Below, piece by piece: positions 49,902 to 62,595 of a stretch of 64,000 nt of DNA. Position numbers and translations under genes: made by a program. The stretch is from Penicillus capitatus. Its lineage: Eukaryota > Plantae > Chlorophyta. The DNA lies in contig OZ287695.1 in the NCBI GenBank assembly GCA_965649825.1, positions 1,477,288 to 1,541,287 on the forward strand, read 5' to 3'. Numbering within the stretch: the stretch's first letter is position 1; the number at the start of each line of letters is the position of its first letter. Under the pieces are notes generated by a model. It saw nothing but the letters and a program-made list of their open reading frames with translations, ran no database searches and had not been told where the DNA came from.

Positions 49902-50861
49902 TCAAGGACGTATCTCAAACTGCTTGATCATAGCGTTTTCAGTCTGCAAATGATCTCTTAGCTTTTTTACAGCCATGTCGTCACCATGACCATGTTGTTG
50001 GACAAACAAGGTGATCACATGACCCAGTTCTTCAATGGCAGCCTGTTTGCTAACTGTCATTGCGTGATCAGACACCACACTTCCCATGGTCTGATCAACA
50101 GGATCTACCAGTGCAAAGTGGTTGAAATCATCAAATTCGATGTAGATACCCGATCCATCCGATTTCAGACATTCTGCGAATGTCCGTCGGACAGGTTCTG
50201 CCGCAGAGGTCCATTTTACGCCGTATCGAGATGAAAATCTTTCGATGACACCATCACGATTGCCCACCAGAAGAAGAGTCGGCATCGAGATGACGTTTCG
50301 AGGAAAGATCTCTTGATTACCATCTCCAGGTTGAGCGTGATGAGCCCCGTAACAAAAGACTGCTGCAATCTCCGTTCTTTCCTCTGACGCCGCGTATTCA
50401 AGTGCCAGCCCTCCGCCAGTTGAATGGCCGCCAAGGAGAATACGATTCAGATCCATCATCCCAGCTAACTTACTGTTCTCGTTGTGATCGTGCAGTTTTG
50501 CGAGCGCCTTTTCCAGTGCTTTCGCCGTCGAATTGATCGCATCTTTTCTACACAAAGGCATAAGAACTGCAAAATCCTCCAGTGAAATCATAGCGTCGCA
50601 GCATACGCATACAACCTTGGCGTCTCTGACGAGACGCTCAGCAAGCCACTGGTATCTGTTCATCTCGATAGATCCACCGACGAGAAAGATAACGACTGGA
50701 TATGGTGCACCGAGTCTGTTCGGCCCTTGTTCTCCTTCCATGTCGACTGTCGCAGGATAGAATATCTTCATACGCCCCGCGTTGTAAGGAACATCGCAGT
50801 CTGGAAAGTGATAAGCGTCATACACGGCAAGCACCTCTGCCGAATCTTCATTTGTCGACAT
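49902..50861 (-). CDS. Alpha/beta hydrolase (chlorophyllase/dienelactone hydrolase-like fold)
   Basis: YPVVIFLVGG, GHSTGG nucleophile elbow, LLLVGNRDG and FNHF; intronless. Confidence 0.8.
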   Translation of the reverse strand: MSTNEDSAEVLAVYDAYHFPDCDVPYNAGRMKIFYPATVDMEGEQGPNRLGAPYPVVIFLVGGSIEMNRYQWLAERLVRDAKVVCVCCDAMISLEDFAVLMPLCRKDAINSTAKALEKALAKLHDHNENSKLAGMMDLNRILLGGHSTGGGLALEYAASEERTEIAAVFCYGAHHAQPGDGNQEIFPRNVISMPTLLLVGNRDGVIERFSSRYGVKWTSAAEPVRRTFAECLKSDGSGIYIEFDDFNHFALVDPVDQTMGSVVSDHAMTVSKQAAIEELGHVITLFVQQHGHGDDMAVKKLRDHLQTENAMIKQFEIRP

Positions 50862-51886
50862 TCTTTTGAGACTTTCGAAACTACGACGTGATCGTCTCCT
50901 TATAGAACGCGCTCCTTCAATTTGTAAAGATGATCTGTATGTTCGCCGAAAAGCCGGCCACGCAGAAAGCGAAAAACAAGGAAAGACGCGCAACATCTGA
51001 TGATAGCAAGGTCGTTGGGTTTACGCGCGTCCATTTTCTTCTACATTACGATCCGACCTTCTAGATAGTCTATTCACATTGTGCTCCCACGACCAAAGAA
51101 AAGCGACTATGCCATGTCCAAGATTCAGACCATTCCAACGAAAGCGAACGACGTTGTTAGTCCTGAGAATGGAGCGTAATAATCTCTGCATATCCTTGTC
51201 CAACAAAGCTTTTGTTATCCAGATTCCGATACAGTCAAACATTTCACGCGTATCTCCTTACCCTTAGTGATAAAACCCCCGATGAATAGTCTGTCGAGTC
51301 TTCACTCGTCAGCAACATCGAGGATATGTCGAAGCGGTTTATCCGTGCTTCATTTCTTGACAGTCCTTCGATCCATGCGACAGACAGTCGTACAAAACCC
51401 AAAGAGCGATGACTTGCACAACAGCTGTATTGCTTCTGTGTAACGCATAGGCATCTACGTCACACAATGGAGGTACGATGCACAAAAGTAACATGCAATA
51501 CAGTCAGTTAGTAGCACACGTTCCAGTGCAGAAATGCTTTTCTGATCTACATTATGTATTCCTATACGCCGTCCTCAAACTGCAAAGCGAATGTCCTCAG
51601 CAACAACCCTCATCTCTGTCCTTCGATCCCCCAACTCGTTGCGTCGATCTCTGGTGCATATTCACACGTCTTAACATAGCCTTCCGTTAAGAGAACGTCG
51701 AGCTGTTGTCTGTGAAAGCAGTGGCGTTTCCAACGTCGACATCCGAGGCCATTAGCGACAGATATTCATTCATTCCGGACATTGAGTCGAGCCAAGCGAC
51801 GATTCTAGTTCCGTCATAGCATTCCCAACTTGCCTTGTCTACCACCTTCCATAGCGAATAGAATTCGATTGATTGCTTTACGAGCA

Positions 51887-52721
51887 ATGACAACACTCGA
51901 CCTCTGTGGTTTTTTGAGGAGTGTCTATTGGCTGGGCACTCAAGAAGCGGCAACGCATAGCCCTAAACGCATCGTACACGACGTCCCACTCGTCAAACAG
52001 ACATCCAGCTGGTCTGCCTCTCTACTCTCACACAAAATCCACCCATTCTCTCATCGTCATATAGGGACTGCGGTTTGGCTTGTGTACTCATGGCCTTACG
52101 ATACAGTGACGACCAACTGACCAGTCTCGAAACCTTAGCAGAGATGTGTTCAGTAAACAGGTGCTTCACATCTGGTGTGAGAATGTGTGAGATATTCTCT
52201 ACAGTATATGGACAATTGATTTAGCATATCTGATGAAAAGACTGAACATGAGGTTCGTCTTTCTGACCAAGACAATCGGGGCAAATCCCGATTTTGCAAC
52301 ACTGCCTTACTATTCCGAACAGATGCTCGAAGATCAGCTTCGAGTCAATCGGCTGTTTAACAGATCACAGTCGGAGAACATTCCAATTCTGCACCAGACC
52401 CTTCACATACGATACCTAAGGCGCATCTGCCTCTCTTCCTGCTGTCTTGTGATTTTACTCGTCGATGGACGGAAACTCAGAATGCTGAACGCTGATGATG
52501 TCACCTGGATTCTCTGCTGCTTGAATATCGATCTGGGAATTGGGGATGAGTTAGGGTACGAGGGTCATTATGTCATGCTGTCGGGATATGATGAACGTAC
52601 AAGGCGATTTCATATCCATGATCCTACACAGGGGTGCTACTGGATTTCGGAGACCCTTCTGGATGCAGCGAGAGTCAGCTACGGCACAGATGAAGACACC
52701 ATAATAGTCTACATCGCTTGA
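51887..52721 (+). CDS. GUCD1: GUCD1-family protein
   Basis: VPLVKQTSSW|DCGLACVLM, IWTIDLAYL, GHYVMLSGYD and GTDED. Confidence 0.85.
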
Positions 52722-52998
52722 TTCTTGATTCATGTCCACACAGAATGAAAATGTCGCCCGCGTCCATTCCGTTGCATTCATGTGCTGTCTGAGATTCGCG
52801 AGTGTGAGTGACTGTGTTTTAATTGAGAGTGTCATTGTGCACATCCTTCGAACGCATGATCGATTGACAGATGACCTCGTTGACTGAAACTTAGCCGTAC
52901 CCCACGCCATCGAAACGAAAGGCGATTGGTGCGTTGCAGAATGAGTGACAGATCAAGCGACTCCAATGACTATTCCGACGACTTTGAAGTAAAGACAC

Positions 52999-54777
52999 AT
53001 GAATTGCATGCGACCGATGATTGACGTTCAGGAGTATCTGCCTCCTGATGTGACTATACTGTGCGCTGACGTTTCTTACGAAGAGGTGCACTTTCAGCGA
53101 CAGGACGTCTTGTTGTTGATGCTTGTGCTCCAGTCTTTTGCAGCATTTCGCAGAAAGGAACTGCTGAAGGGAGAAAGTGCAGGTCTAAGAGCAGTCGATG
53201 ATGCATCGGATCCACCAAGTAACCACGTTGGTCACATCATCCCCCTATAGGCAGGAGTCAAGGGAGAGCATGCAGGTCAAGTTGACTGTAGAGTGCTTTG
53301 AAGACTTGCTCTCTAAGACCATCTTCGAAATTGAGGATACTTCACCGAACGAGCAATCTCGCCTTACGGATAAGACGGCCAAGGTGTGGGATCGCTTTAA
53401 TGTCTCCACGACTCGTCCACTGTATGGCATAGAGTAATGACTGCATTTCGTTGTTGTTGGAATGGGACCAGAAAGGCAGCAGCATGTCAGAACAGCTGTC
53501 TTTTCATGTCCAAGAGAAGAGCTTTGTGTGTTTGGGCTTCGTGGCTGAAACATCGATCATCTACGCGGCATACCGAGAGATCGAGATGGATCGTTGCTTG
53601 TCCAGTAAGATGCACAAGGAAAGGCACCGACTGAACTACAACGGTAACGGATGGATCGCAGGCGGCGTTGTGCTGTTTGGTGCGGAGAACAAGAGACTTC
53701 AAAGTCTATTGCTCTGTCCACGACCTCTCACTTGCTGCACAGCTTTTGCTAACTGGCTGCTCGGAGGTCACTTAAGCAGGCGTTTGATGAGGGCCGAATT
53801 CTGAACGAACAGGGATGGATGATGGGAGGATATCACTGTGGTCCTTGGATTCAGCCCACGCTCGAGCAGTTTGTACTCCATCCGTCACCATCACCTACGG
53901 AAGATACACAGCTTCTGTTTCTTGCATAAGCATGTTAACCGTAGAAGCACAAAACAATCAAGTCAAAACAGTGTTGTTTTTGCTGGATGCGCTGGGGGAA
54001 CTAAGAATGCTGGAATACAACCCCAGTCATTCCTTGAAATCGAACATGAAAGGTAGATGTGTTGTCTGCTAGGCAACGATGATCCTTGTATGAACGTCTG
54101 TCTGTTTACCTTAGATGTGTGCCTGTACGAAACTGTAATGTCTCAAAGCATTGTCCAGGTCAGCCTCGTTCGCCATTAGCCCGTCGCCGCCAGGCAATGT
54201 CCTGTAGGGATGTGACTGCTTCGAGATCTCCGGAAACAACAAACTCCTTTACACACAGAACGGGGAAATCGGCTGCGTCCTCATAGACGTCCTGCTTCGT
54301 CCAGGAACAAAGAAACCCATTCTGCAAACATTCCATCTGGGGAGATATACAAAACCCGCTATCCTATGCATGAAGTGGGTCAACCCCAACAGCGTTCTGT
54401 GCGGTTGCTCCAATGGCAGTCTAGCACACTATCTGCTGCACAACGATGCCATCCGCATTCACGAATGGCGCCATGTGACAAAAGGATTTGTCACCCATAT
54501 TGAGATAGACCCAGAAGACAAGAACAGATTCATTGCCATCGATACACTCTCTCAGATGCATGTCGGTCGAGTGGACACTCGAGCTTCAGACTCTATCCGA
54601 AGCATGACGCTCGTCGATGATGAGAAAACAACTGGGTCACGGCAACTCGTCCTGATTGATCGCATTCCCACTTTGCTGATGGGACACATTGATGGGACAG
54701 CGCAACTGCGACAATGGACAACACTTGCACAGAAGACTTGTCAAATCGCTCTTTTCTCGCCAAACAAGCCAAGATGA
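52999..54777 (+). CDS. Hypothetical WD40/beta-propeller-like protein
   Basis: Beta-rich exons (DGRISLWS, VLCGCSNGSL, MGHIDGTAQL) with short introns; the model is approximate. Confidence 0.45.
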
Positions 54778-54866
54778 CAGACACCCTTGCTGTCCAACGC
54801 GCCTTACAGAGATGTATATAATGTATGTACGACAAACAACTTTCCTGAAGATTCCCCTGATCTCAC

Positions 54867-55417
54867 TCAGCCCCTTTGAGGATAGAGCATCACTCGCACA
54901 GGTCTCCCCTGCAGTCACATCATTTCACCACGGATCCAAAGATGGGTACTGCTGCTCGACATACCATGGCGGCCGGTGGCAAATTCCGTTTGAACTTTGC
55001 TCTCACTGTTCCTGAATTTCCGTGGGCACTCACGATCTGAACACATTGTCACTCTTTTGTAATCTCTGTGTGCCACCAATCCAAATGGCGTTCGTACTTT
55101 GCCCCAGATTGCACGATGACGTGTTCCCTTTTTCTCTGTCCTTGCCTTGTACGGAAAACAGACGCGCTTTCCGACATACCAATCTACTTCTCCACGGGAA
55201 ACGACTCCATCGATCGTCAACAGAGCCAAATTGCAGTTCTGCTTCACTCGATTTCTGCATAACGCCTCCGCCACCTCCATCTGGTCATCAAAGATCGCAG
55301 CTTACCTTCGATACCCTGTAAACCGTCCATTGACGTGCAATCTACAGCAACGCGTCAAGTGGCGTTGTCATCGAACGAAAGGGAAAACCGGATCGGACGG
55401 TGCTTCTGCTCAGACAT
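54867..55417 (-). CDS. RPL35A: 60S ribosomal protein L35a
   Basis: MSEQKHRPIR|LHVNGRFTGYRR..WYVGKRVCFPYKA..IWGK..HGNSGTVRAKF..VRVMLYP; four short introns. Confidence 0.92.
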
Positions 55418-55437
55418 CGTGGCGAAATGCGATGCGA

Positions 55438-57056
55438 ATGGCGCCGCCGTCGATGATGAATGGAGAATCGCTGTGGGATGTCGACGTGACGTCCATCGGA
55501 TCCTGTACCCAGCAATCTCCCTTTCGTCTGCAGCCTGCCTCTCTGCCTAGAACACTGTCACCACCCGCATCGGCATGGAGGTATCGTTTAGGCACGCGAT
55601 TTTAATATCGTGCCCTTATCGCTTTGTTGTTATGGGCCCGTCGAGCACATCTGTATTCAGATTGCCGAAGACAACGTCGATGTCAAGCAATTCGAGAGTG
55701 AGAAGTCACACGTTGCGTTCATACTAACAGCATTGTCTATACCGAAGATGATCTGAAGCCACCTATGGTCGAATACAAAAAAGAGGTCCTGGTTGCGCGT
55801 CTCGAAAAGATGGCCGAAACAAACGACGAAGGGAATTGTGTCGAAGTGAGCACCTCTGGCACACTCGGCGCTTTTTACATCATCCATCGTTATGCGCAGA
55901 TTCGCATCATGCCCGAGTACATGTCGGTTAACCACAAACCGGTTGTCTGTCCGGCATCGTACATTTTCAGTGATGTTAATGCCAGAGGGAGTGCACTTAG
56001 GTGAAGAATCGTCAGCTGTATGGTGATTTGGCGTACACCCACGATTCGGATATTGTGGCGGTGTTGATGCACTTGGGCTACTTCCGGATGATGGACACGA
56101 CTCCCATCGGAATGGTCACTGTCAAAGCGATCATTCGCGTCATACCAGATCAGATGGTCTATCCCAGCACACTGCGAAACGGTCTCCTGTCCAGGCCATG
56201 GAATTTCGCAGCCACGCAGAAAAAGACATGCAGCTACAAAGTCATCATCTCATCCATTACAAAGCGTTGTCCTTATGCCCAGATGTGATGTGACAGGTGG
56301 AGGGTTGCTGGTTAGTCAAACGAGATGGCACCATTCTCTCGCTGAAGAAGAACATCACTGGGTCATCAGATTACGTCCCAACCTACGTTCCAGCATGCAG
56401 CGATCGAGCAGTTACGACGCGCAGTACGACAGCGACAGCTGAAAGGCGACAGAGAAATCTGCCAGAGCAATCTTTTGTGTTTAATCTCTCCAATGAAGTG
56501 TGCATGAAGTATTCGATCTTCACAGTGGCGGACCGTGGACTGCGTCCCTGGCAGTGGACATCATCTCGACTCCAAGGTGAAGTCCTGTATCTCGAGACCC
56601 GAAAGTCGGCATTCCATTTGGACGCCACTCCTGCCCCCTCATGCGTCATCATGTCTGCAGAGAGCGTTATGAAGTATCGCGGCAGAATGGGAAGTCGAAC
56701 GCCGTCGTGTCAGAGCAGAAAGAGAATACGGTTCGCTTAGCTCCCTTTCTAGAGAGGTATTGCATCATACGATGCTGTCTGTCTGCGTACAGGAGTACTA
56801 TTCCTGGAAGAAATGTCACAAGATTCTGTCGCAGTTTGCCATGAGTTCTCTCGGTGTGCCCCTTCCTTCGCATCTCACTCAGATACTGCACGTCGATCTC
56901 GGCTGGGAAGACATTCAGGTCACATCTCTAACCATCATAGATGGTCACATCTGTCAGCATCACTCATGCGTCTGTTTGTAGTGGGCACCGACCTACGTCA
57001 GAGTCGATGGCGTCCAGTACAATATCGTCCGTCTTTACTTCCTCTGCCGTTCATGA
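55438..57056 (+). CDS. Rxt3-domain histone deacetylase complex protein (HDC1-like)
   Basis: VKNRQLYGDLAYTHDSDIVAVLMHLGY, YPSTLRNGLLSRPW, FNLSNEVCMKYS and LYLET. Confidence 0.8.
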
Positions 57057-57069
57057 AGGATGGGTTCCT

Positions 57070-57609
57070 CTATTCCTTTGAATTTGGACGACAGATATTC
57101 TCTAATGCATGTTTCTTCACAAAGTCATAATAGAAATGACGTGACCATCCTGCCGTCCGTGCCATCATGTGCCACTCAGAGGACGTCCGTGCGCGTTGCC
57201 ACACTTTGAGAGATCCTTCTCCAGTCAATGCATGACCAGATTTGAGTGGCTGAGGCTGAGGGCCTCTCAGTCCTTTTCCATTCTCCAATACTTCAGACGA
57301 CGTCTCCACTCGCATTTTGTCCAGCGATGAGGTAAAGGATGCATTGGCCTCTTCTAACTTGCGACGACGGTGACGGAGGATGCTTTCTTGGTTTTCTTGT
57401 TTGTACTGAGCAATCTGAGATTCGACTTTGTCAAGGTCATGTCCGGAGATAAGAGCAAAGACGACGTCTTCGCGCATCTCGAGATAGTCATCGTACTCGG
57501 CTTGCGTTTCGAAGTCGCTCTGTTCTTTTGTGTAAATCTCGTAGATGCGTTTTCGCGTCTTGAGCTCTTCGCGGAAGGCACCTTCGTCACTGTCCATTGA
57601 CTCAGTCAT
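57070..57609 (-). CDS. MAT1: CDK-activating kinase assembly factor MAT1 (RING-less)
   Basis: REELKTRKRIYEIYTK..DF..EYDDYLEMREDVVFALI. Confidence 0.85.
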   Translation of the reverse strand: MTESMDSDEGAFREELKTRKRIYEIYTKEQSDFETQAEYDDYLEMREDVVFALISGHDLDKVESQIAQYKQENQESILRHRRRKLEEANASFTSSLDKMRVETSSEVLENGKGLRGPQPQPLKSGHALTGEGSLKVWQRARTSSEWHMMARTAGWSRHFYYDFVKKHALENICRPNSKE

Positions 57610-57641
57610 GCATTTCGTGAATGAAGTGCATTTTGCGAACC

Positions 57642-59540
57642 ATGTCGCTCGAAATCGAAGCAACCGAGTACACACAAGTCGTCGAGTGGATACCGATCGA
57701 GATGTGTTTGACTTGATTTGCAGTGTGATCAAAGTCATCCTACAGTTTTGCAAGGAGAATGGACTGCACGCCTCGTTTAAAGCGATTCAGGCACGAGCGA
57801 TGAGATACTGCAAAGGAGAAAGAACAGGAGGAATGTGTGTGGTAACAGGAGGAGTGTCAAGTTTCGTTGAATACTGTGGAGAGCGTGGAGAACTTCGTGG
57901 CTGATATTCAGAACGGACGGTGGGATGCTGTTCTGCCTGTTGCGTCCCAACTCAAACTGCCCAAAGAAAAACTCGAGAATCTATACGAACTGGTCTTCCC
58001 TCTCTCACTCACTCGCACCGAGGAGCTATCGCCCGCATAGGTGGTCATGGAAATGATGGAGCTCAAAGAGATCGACACGGCACGAGCGATGCTACGCCAA
58101 ACACAGGTTGTGCATTTCATAGATCGACGATGGATAAAGATGGAAAGCACGTTGTCAGGTGTTTCAGATAATGAAGCGCGAGGACCCTGAGCGTTATCTC
58201 AGACTGGAGCGCCTGTGCAATCAGACATACTTCGATGCTCGTGAAGTCTATCAGAAGCTCTCCAAAGAAAAGAGAAGGGGACAGATTGCCCACGCTTTGT
58301 CCGAGGAGGTGACGACGGTCCCTCCTTCGAGATTGATGGATCTAATTGGCCAAGCGTTAAAGTGGCAGCAATCCCAAGGCATCTTACCGTTCGGCACGGC
58401 ATTTGACATTTTCCGCGGGATGGCCCAAGGCCGAAAGGATGAAGTGGAGATTTTTCCAACGGTCCTGCAGACAGAGATCCGGGTTCCGAAGGAGTGCCAT
58501 CACGAATGTGCACTCTTCACACCAGACGGGCAGATGTTGATCACAGGCAGTGTGGACGGAATGATTGAAGTGTGGGATTTTCTTTCCGGAAAGCTCAGAC
58601 AAGACTTGGCCTATCAGACAGAAGAGAATTTCATGTTCCACGAATCGGCCGTTTTGTCTCTGGATGTCACACGAGACAGTGAGTTATTGGCCTCTGGTGC
58701 AGCGAGTGGAGAGATGAAAATCTGGAGACTGCGTTCTGGACAATGTTTGCGAAAACTGTCCCGTGCACATACAGAAGGCATCACCTCCGTTCGTTTCTCA
58801 GCAGATGGCAGTCATGTCCTGAGCGCCTCGTTTGACACCGGTTGTGCTATATCTTGTCCCTAAGAGGCTCATGAGGGGCGTCGTATTGTTAGTGATACGC
58901 ATTCATGGACTGAAATCTGGAAAGGTGCTGAGAGAGTTTCGTGGCCATCAGTCATTTGTCAACATGGCTATCTATACCCCTGGCAAGTCACATCATACAT
59001 CTCGATATGATGTGACGTATGTATGTAGATGGCAGTCAGATCATGAGCTGCTCGAGTGACTGCACCGTGCGTTTCTGGGATGCAAAGCATCCAGAATGTC
59101 TAAATTCCATTAAGCCACCTCACACGCAAGCAGCTGAGCCAGCCATTCTTTCCATCTGTCTGCATCCCAAGACCCCTGGGCACTACATTCTGCTCCCACG
59201 TTCCTCCACTATGTTGCTCATGCATCAGCAGGGGACAGTGCTGAAGACGATGCAGTCGGATAAGAGAGATGGCGAGTTTGTGGGATGCACGATGGGTCCC
59301 AGAGGTGAATGGTACTACGCTTTGGGCGAAGAGAGCATTCTCTACTGTTTCGAAGCTTCCACCGGGAAACTCCAACACAAATTGCAGGTCACACTCACGC
59401 GAGATTCATAGCTGATGTGACAGCGAGGGAGATTGTAGGCGCACGAGAAGGGTGGCATTGGCCTCTGTCACCATCCCCATCGCAATCTCATCGCGACGCT
59501 CAGCTCGGAAGGGGAGACGAAAATTTGGAAGGCGGCCTGA
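57642..59540 (+). CDS. SMU1: WD40 spliceosomal protein SMU1
   Basis: MSLEIEAT|[41 protein letters not shown] and [16 protein letters not shown]. Confidence 0.95.
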
Positions 59541-59992
59541 GATAGCAGAAAAGCCGTTTACGATTATGATTTACAGTAACGGATCAGTAACCAAATAGAA
59601 TGATCACTCCCATGGCCGTACATCCAAGAAACACCCACGGCGATAATCTCTCACCTAACGCAATACCTATCGTCTTTTCGCACACTTCTTGATTTGATGA
59701 TCCTACCGATCCGAGCCGCTTTCCATGAAAGACCCCTGAAACTGAGCAAACAGAGGCGTGCATGTTGGGCTGTGCGTTCCTTCCTTCGGAAGCATTCTTA
59801 CCCTGTGCGTTCTTTGAAGAGACCCGGGACAGATGCCTTGAGAAACGTACACGTGCATATAGCGAGGAGCACGACGCTCAGAAAGGAATTGAAGTCGAAG
59901 AGCGCTGACATGACGTCTCAGTTCATGACACAAGGAAAACAGCACATTCAACACGTAGCTCTGCGAAATTTGCATCAAACAAGTGAACAACA

Positions 59993-60871
59993 ATGAAGCG
60001 CGTATTCGGAACGAGGCAGGGTGGCAAACCACAACAAGCACCCGCCTCTATTCAAGATGTCTCGGCCAACATGGATACACGCGGAAACACGTATGACCGT
60101 TGTTCAAGGAGCATTTGGAAATGAGGGCTCTAACCGATGCAGGTTGGACTTGAAGATAGAGAAACTCGACGAGCAGCTTGTGAAACTGCGCGAACAGATT
60201 TCTCGAACACGTCCAGGTCCAGCACAAGAGGCGACAAAACGTCGCGCCTTGCAAGTCCTGCTGACACGCGTTTTATTCTATCTATAGCGTTCTTGCTTAG
60301 CTGCTCAAGCAAAAGCGCCTCTATGAGGGTCAAAGGGAGCAGCTGTATAACCAACAGTTCAATTTAGATCAAGTGGCTTTTACGACGGAGTCTGTCAAGG
60401 AGACCGTCACCACCGTCCAAGCGTTAAAGAATGCAAAGAAAGATCTGTCGAAACAGATGAAGGCGAAAGAATTCAACATTGACAAGATTGATCAACTCCA
60501 GGACGATATGGTAGACTTGATGGACCGCCAGAAAGAGATTCAGGAGGCGCTGGGAACATCCTACGATGTTCCTGATGTCGATGAATCGGAGTTGATGGAA
60601 GAGTTGGACGCTCTGGACTATGAAATGGCGACGGATAGGACGGCCGCCGAGGCAGGAGGCGTTCCAAGCTATCTACAACCGGAACCGGAAAGGGCACTTC
60701 CGGTAGCACCAACTGGAGAAACGTATGCGCCCATGGCACCGCAGCAGCAGCAACAAGGTGAGAGCCGCGCCGATAGGAGCGATCGGTGGATAGGAATGTG
60801 CTTTTCCTGTAGAGGAGCCACCAATGCAGTTGGATACTTACGGTCTGCCGGCTGCGCCTCAAAGACATTAG
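59993..60871 (+). CDS. VPS60: ESCRT-III VPS60/CHMP5
   Basis: MKRVFG, KRRALQVL, QFNLDQVAFT and QEALGTSYDVPDVDESELMEELDAL. Confidence 0.92.
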
Positions 60872-60962
60872 AAGACGATGTATGGTGCCAGGCTCTTTTC
60901 TCAACATCAGGCGCGCTGTGCTTAAACGTGTTTATGTGTGTTCTCTCCCCGGTTAGGATACT

Positions 60963-62556
60963 TCAGTGAGCGAGCTTTGCTCGTTTGTTGAATCCCTCTT
61001 CGGATTTCGGTTCATTTGTATTCGTATCATCGTAACTGTGAGGAATGTTTTGATCTGCTAACAAAACGCGTGACTTGACAAGAGAGCATTCGAGTGGCAC
61101 CTGGGGGTGTGTACGGCACAGCCTCGATGGCAGTAAGGGGATATTTGCAGTAACACTTGAGTCGTAGCTGTCGGTGCTGCGTTGTGTGGACACGGAGAAA
61201 TCGGTCCAAACCGACAGAGGCAATGAGGTGATGCGAGGCAAAGTCAAACAGCCTCATGCTTCGAATAGAACCGGCCACCTGTCCCGTCAAAGATCCTGGT
61301 CACACAAATGGTCACACAAATGGTCACACATTTCTGGAGATGTGTTTGATGGAACCTTTGATGTATTTCTTCCTCAAATCGAATCGATCGACGTAACCCA
61401 TGGCATTGGCCGTCCAGATTTCGTACCCTGTACACAGATCCCTATCCCCGATCTCGCAAATCGTGGAAAGCGGACCGTTCTCCTCGGGACACACGCAAGT
61501 CACACGGGCTTCTCTCCAAGGCTCTATAGAGAACACTGGTCGTCTGCTGCAGCGGATATCATAGAGAAAGAGTTCATGCTCTGCATTGCCCCCATACAAT
61601 AGCTGCCCTGGCATACGCACAAATGTCTCCTTGTGTTCGAAAAACGGATGGAGAACACCGTTGGACTGAGGAACGAAGCAACAGGCCGTTGTCCAGTGAC
61701 GCTTAGCGATTTGATAAGGATTCTTAGGAGGTTTGGCAACGAAAGTGAGTTTGTGAGACGTCACATCACAAACAGACACTTGAACATCTTCCCCTCCAAA
61801 CACGACCTGTGATCGCTCTCTGCATAAATCCTAAAAACAGAGAAATCGGCAAGGCAATCTCAAGATGGCCTGCTGCACAGCTGTGGTGATCTGTTCCGAA
61901 ACTTTGAGCCTGCAGAGATCTTTCAGCCGCGTTGGATTGCTTTCCTCGTGACCATCGATGAGCCAGTTCTGCATTTTGCGTTGAAACCGCGAGAGACGAA
62001 TCCATCCATCATTCCAGACAGACATTAGTGTGGGAATTCTGTCACACACAGACACATAAGAATCGTCGACGGAATCTCTCTGCCAATGAGGACCCACAGT
62101 TGCTCTCCAGATTGTTGCATGGGTGTGATATAGAGTGGATAGGATTCGCTTTTCGGAGACGCTTCCGCGCAGATCTGCATATTCTCCTTGAGATAGATCT
62201 GCAGTTCTCCACTCTTTCGACCCACACACAGCAACGTCTGCTCCATTGCCAGTAGAGACCCCATACATTTCACACTCTTTTCCCGATTCGGTATGCCACT
62301 AGGTCACACGCATTGTCTTTCGCTTCCTCATCTGAATAACGCGCACTGACGACTCTTCACGGTGGCCGAAGTCAGATCACTCTGCTTCACCAAATCCACC
62401 GCTACATTCACGCATGTCGCCCCCAGAGCAGAGAACGGCCTCCGTTTTACTTCTTACGATGCCGAGTTCATCGCCAACGATAAGACGGATGGGTGATGCT
62501 TCGATCTGCTCCGACTCCGAATCCAACGTCGATGCTTCATCGCTGGTGGTTGACAT
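60963..62556 (-). CDS. NSA1: Ribosome biogenesis WD protein NSA1/WDR74-like
   Basis: [35 protein letters not shown] and [12 protein letters not shown]. Confidence 0.8.
61297..61332. repeat. 12-bp tandem repeat x3 inside an NSA1 intron
   Basis: TGGTCACACAAA x3. Confidence 0.9.
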
Positions 62557-62595
62557 GAGACAAAGCAGCCTTCGATGTGTCCATCATTTCAGAAA

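Noticed and set aside
57070-57609. MAT1 lacking its RING finger as a novelty
   Set aside because: RING-less MAT1 is known in plants.
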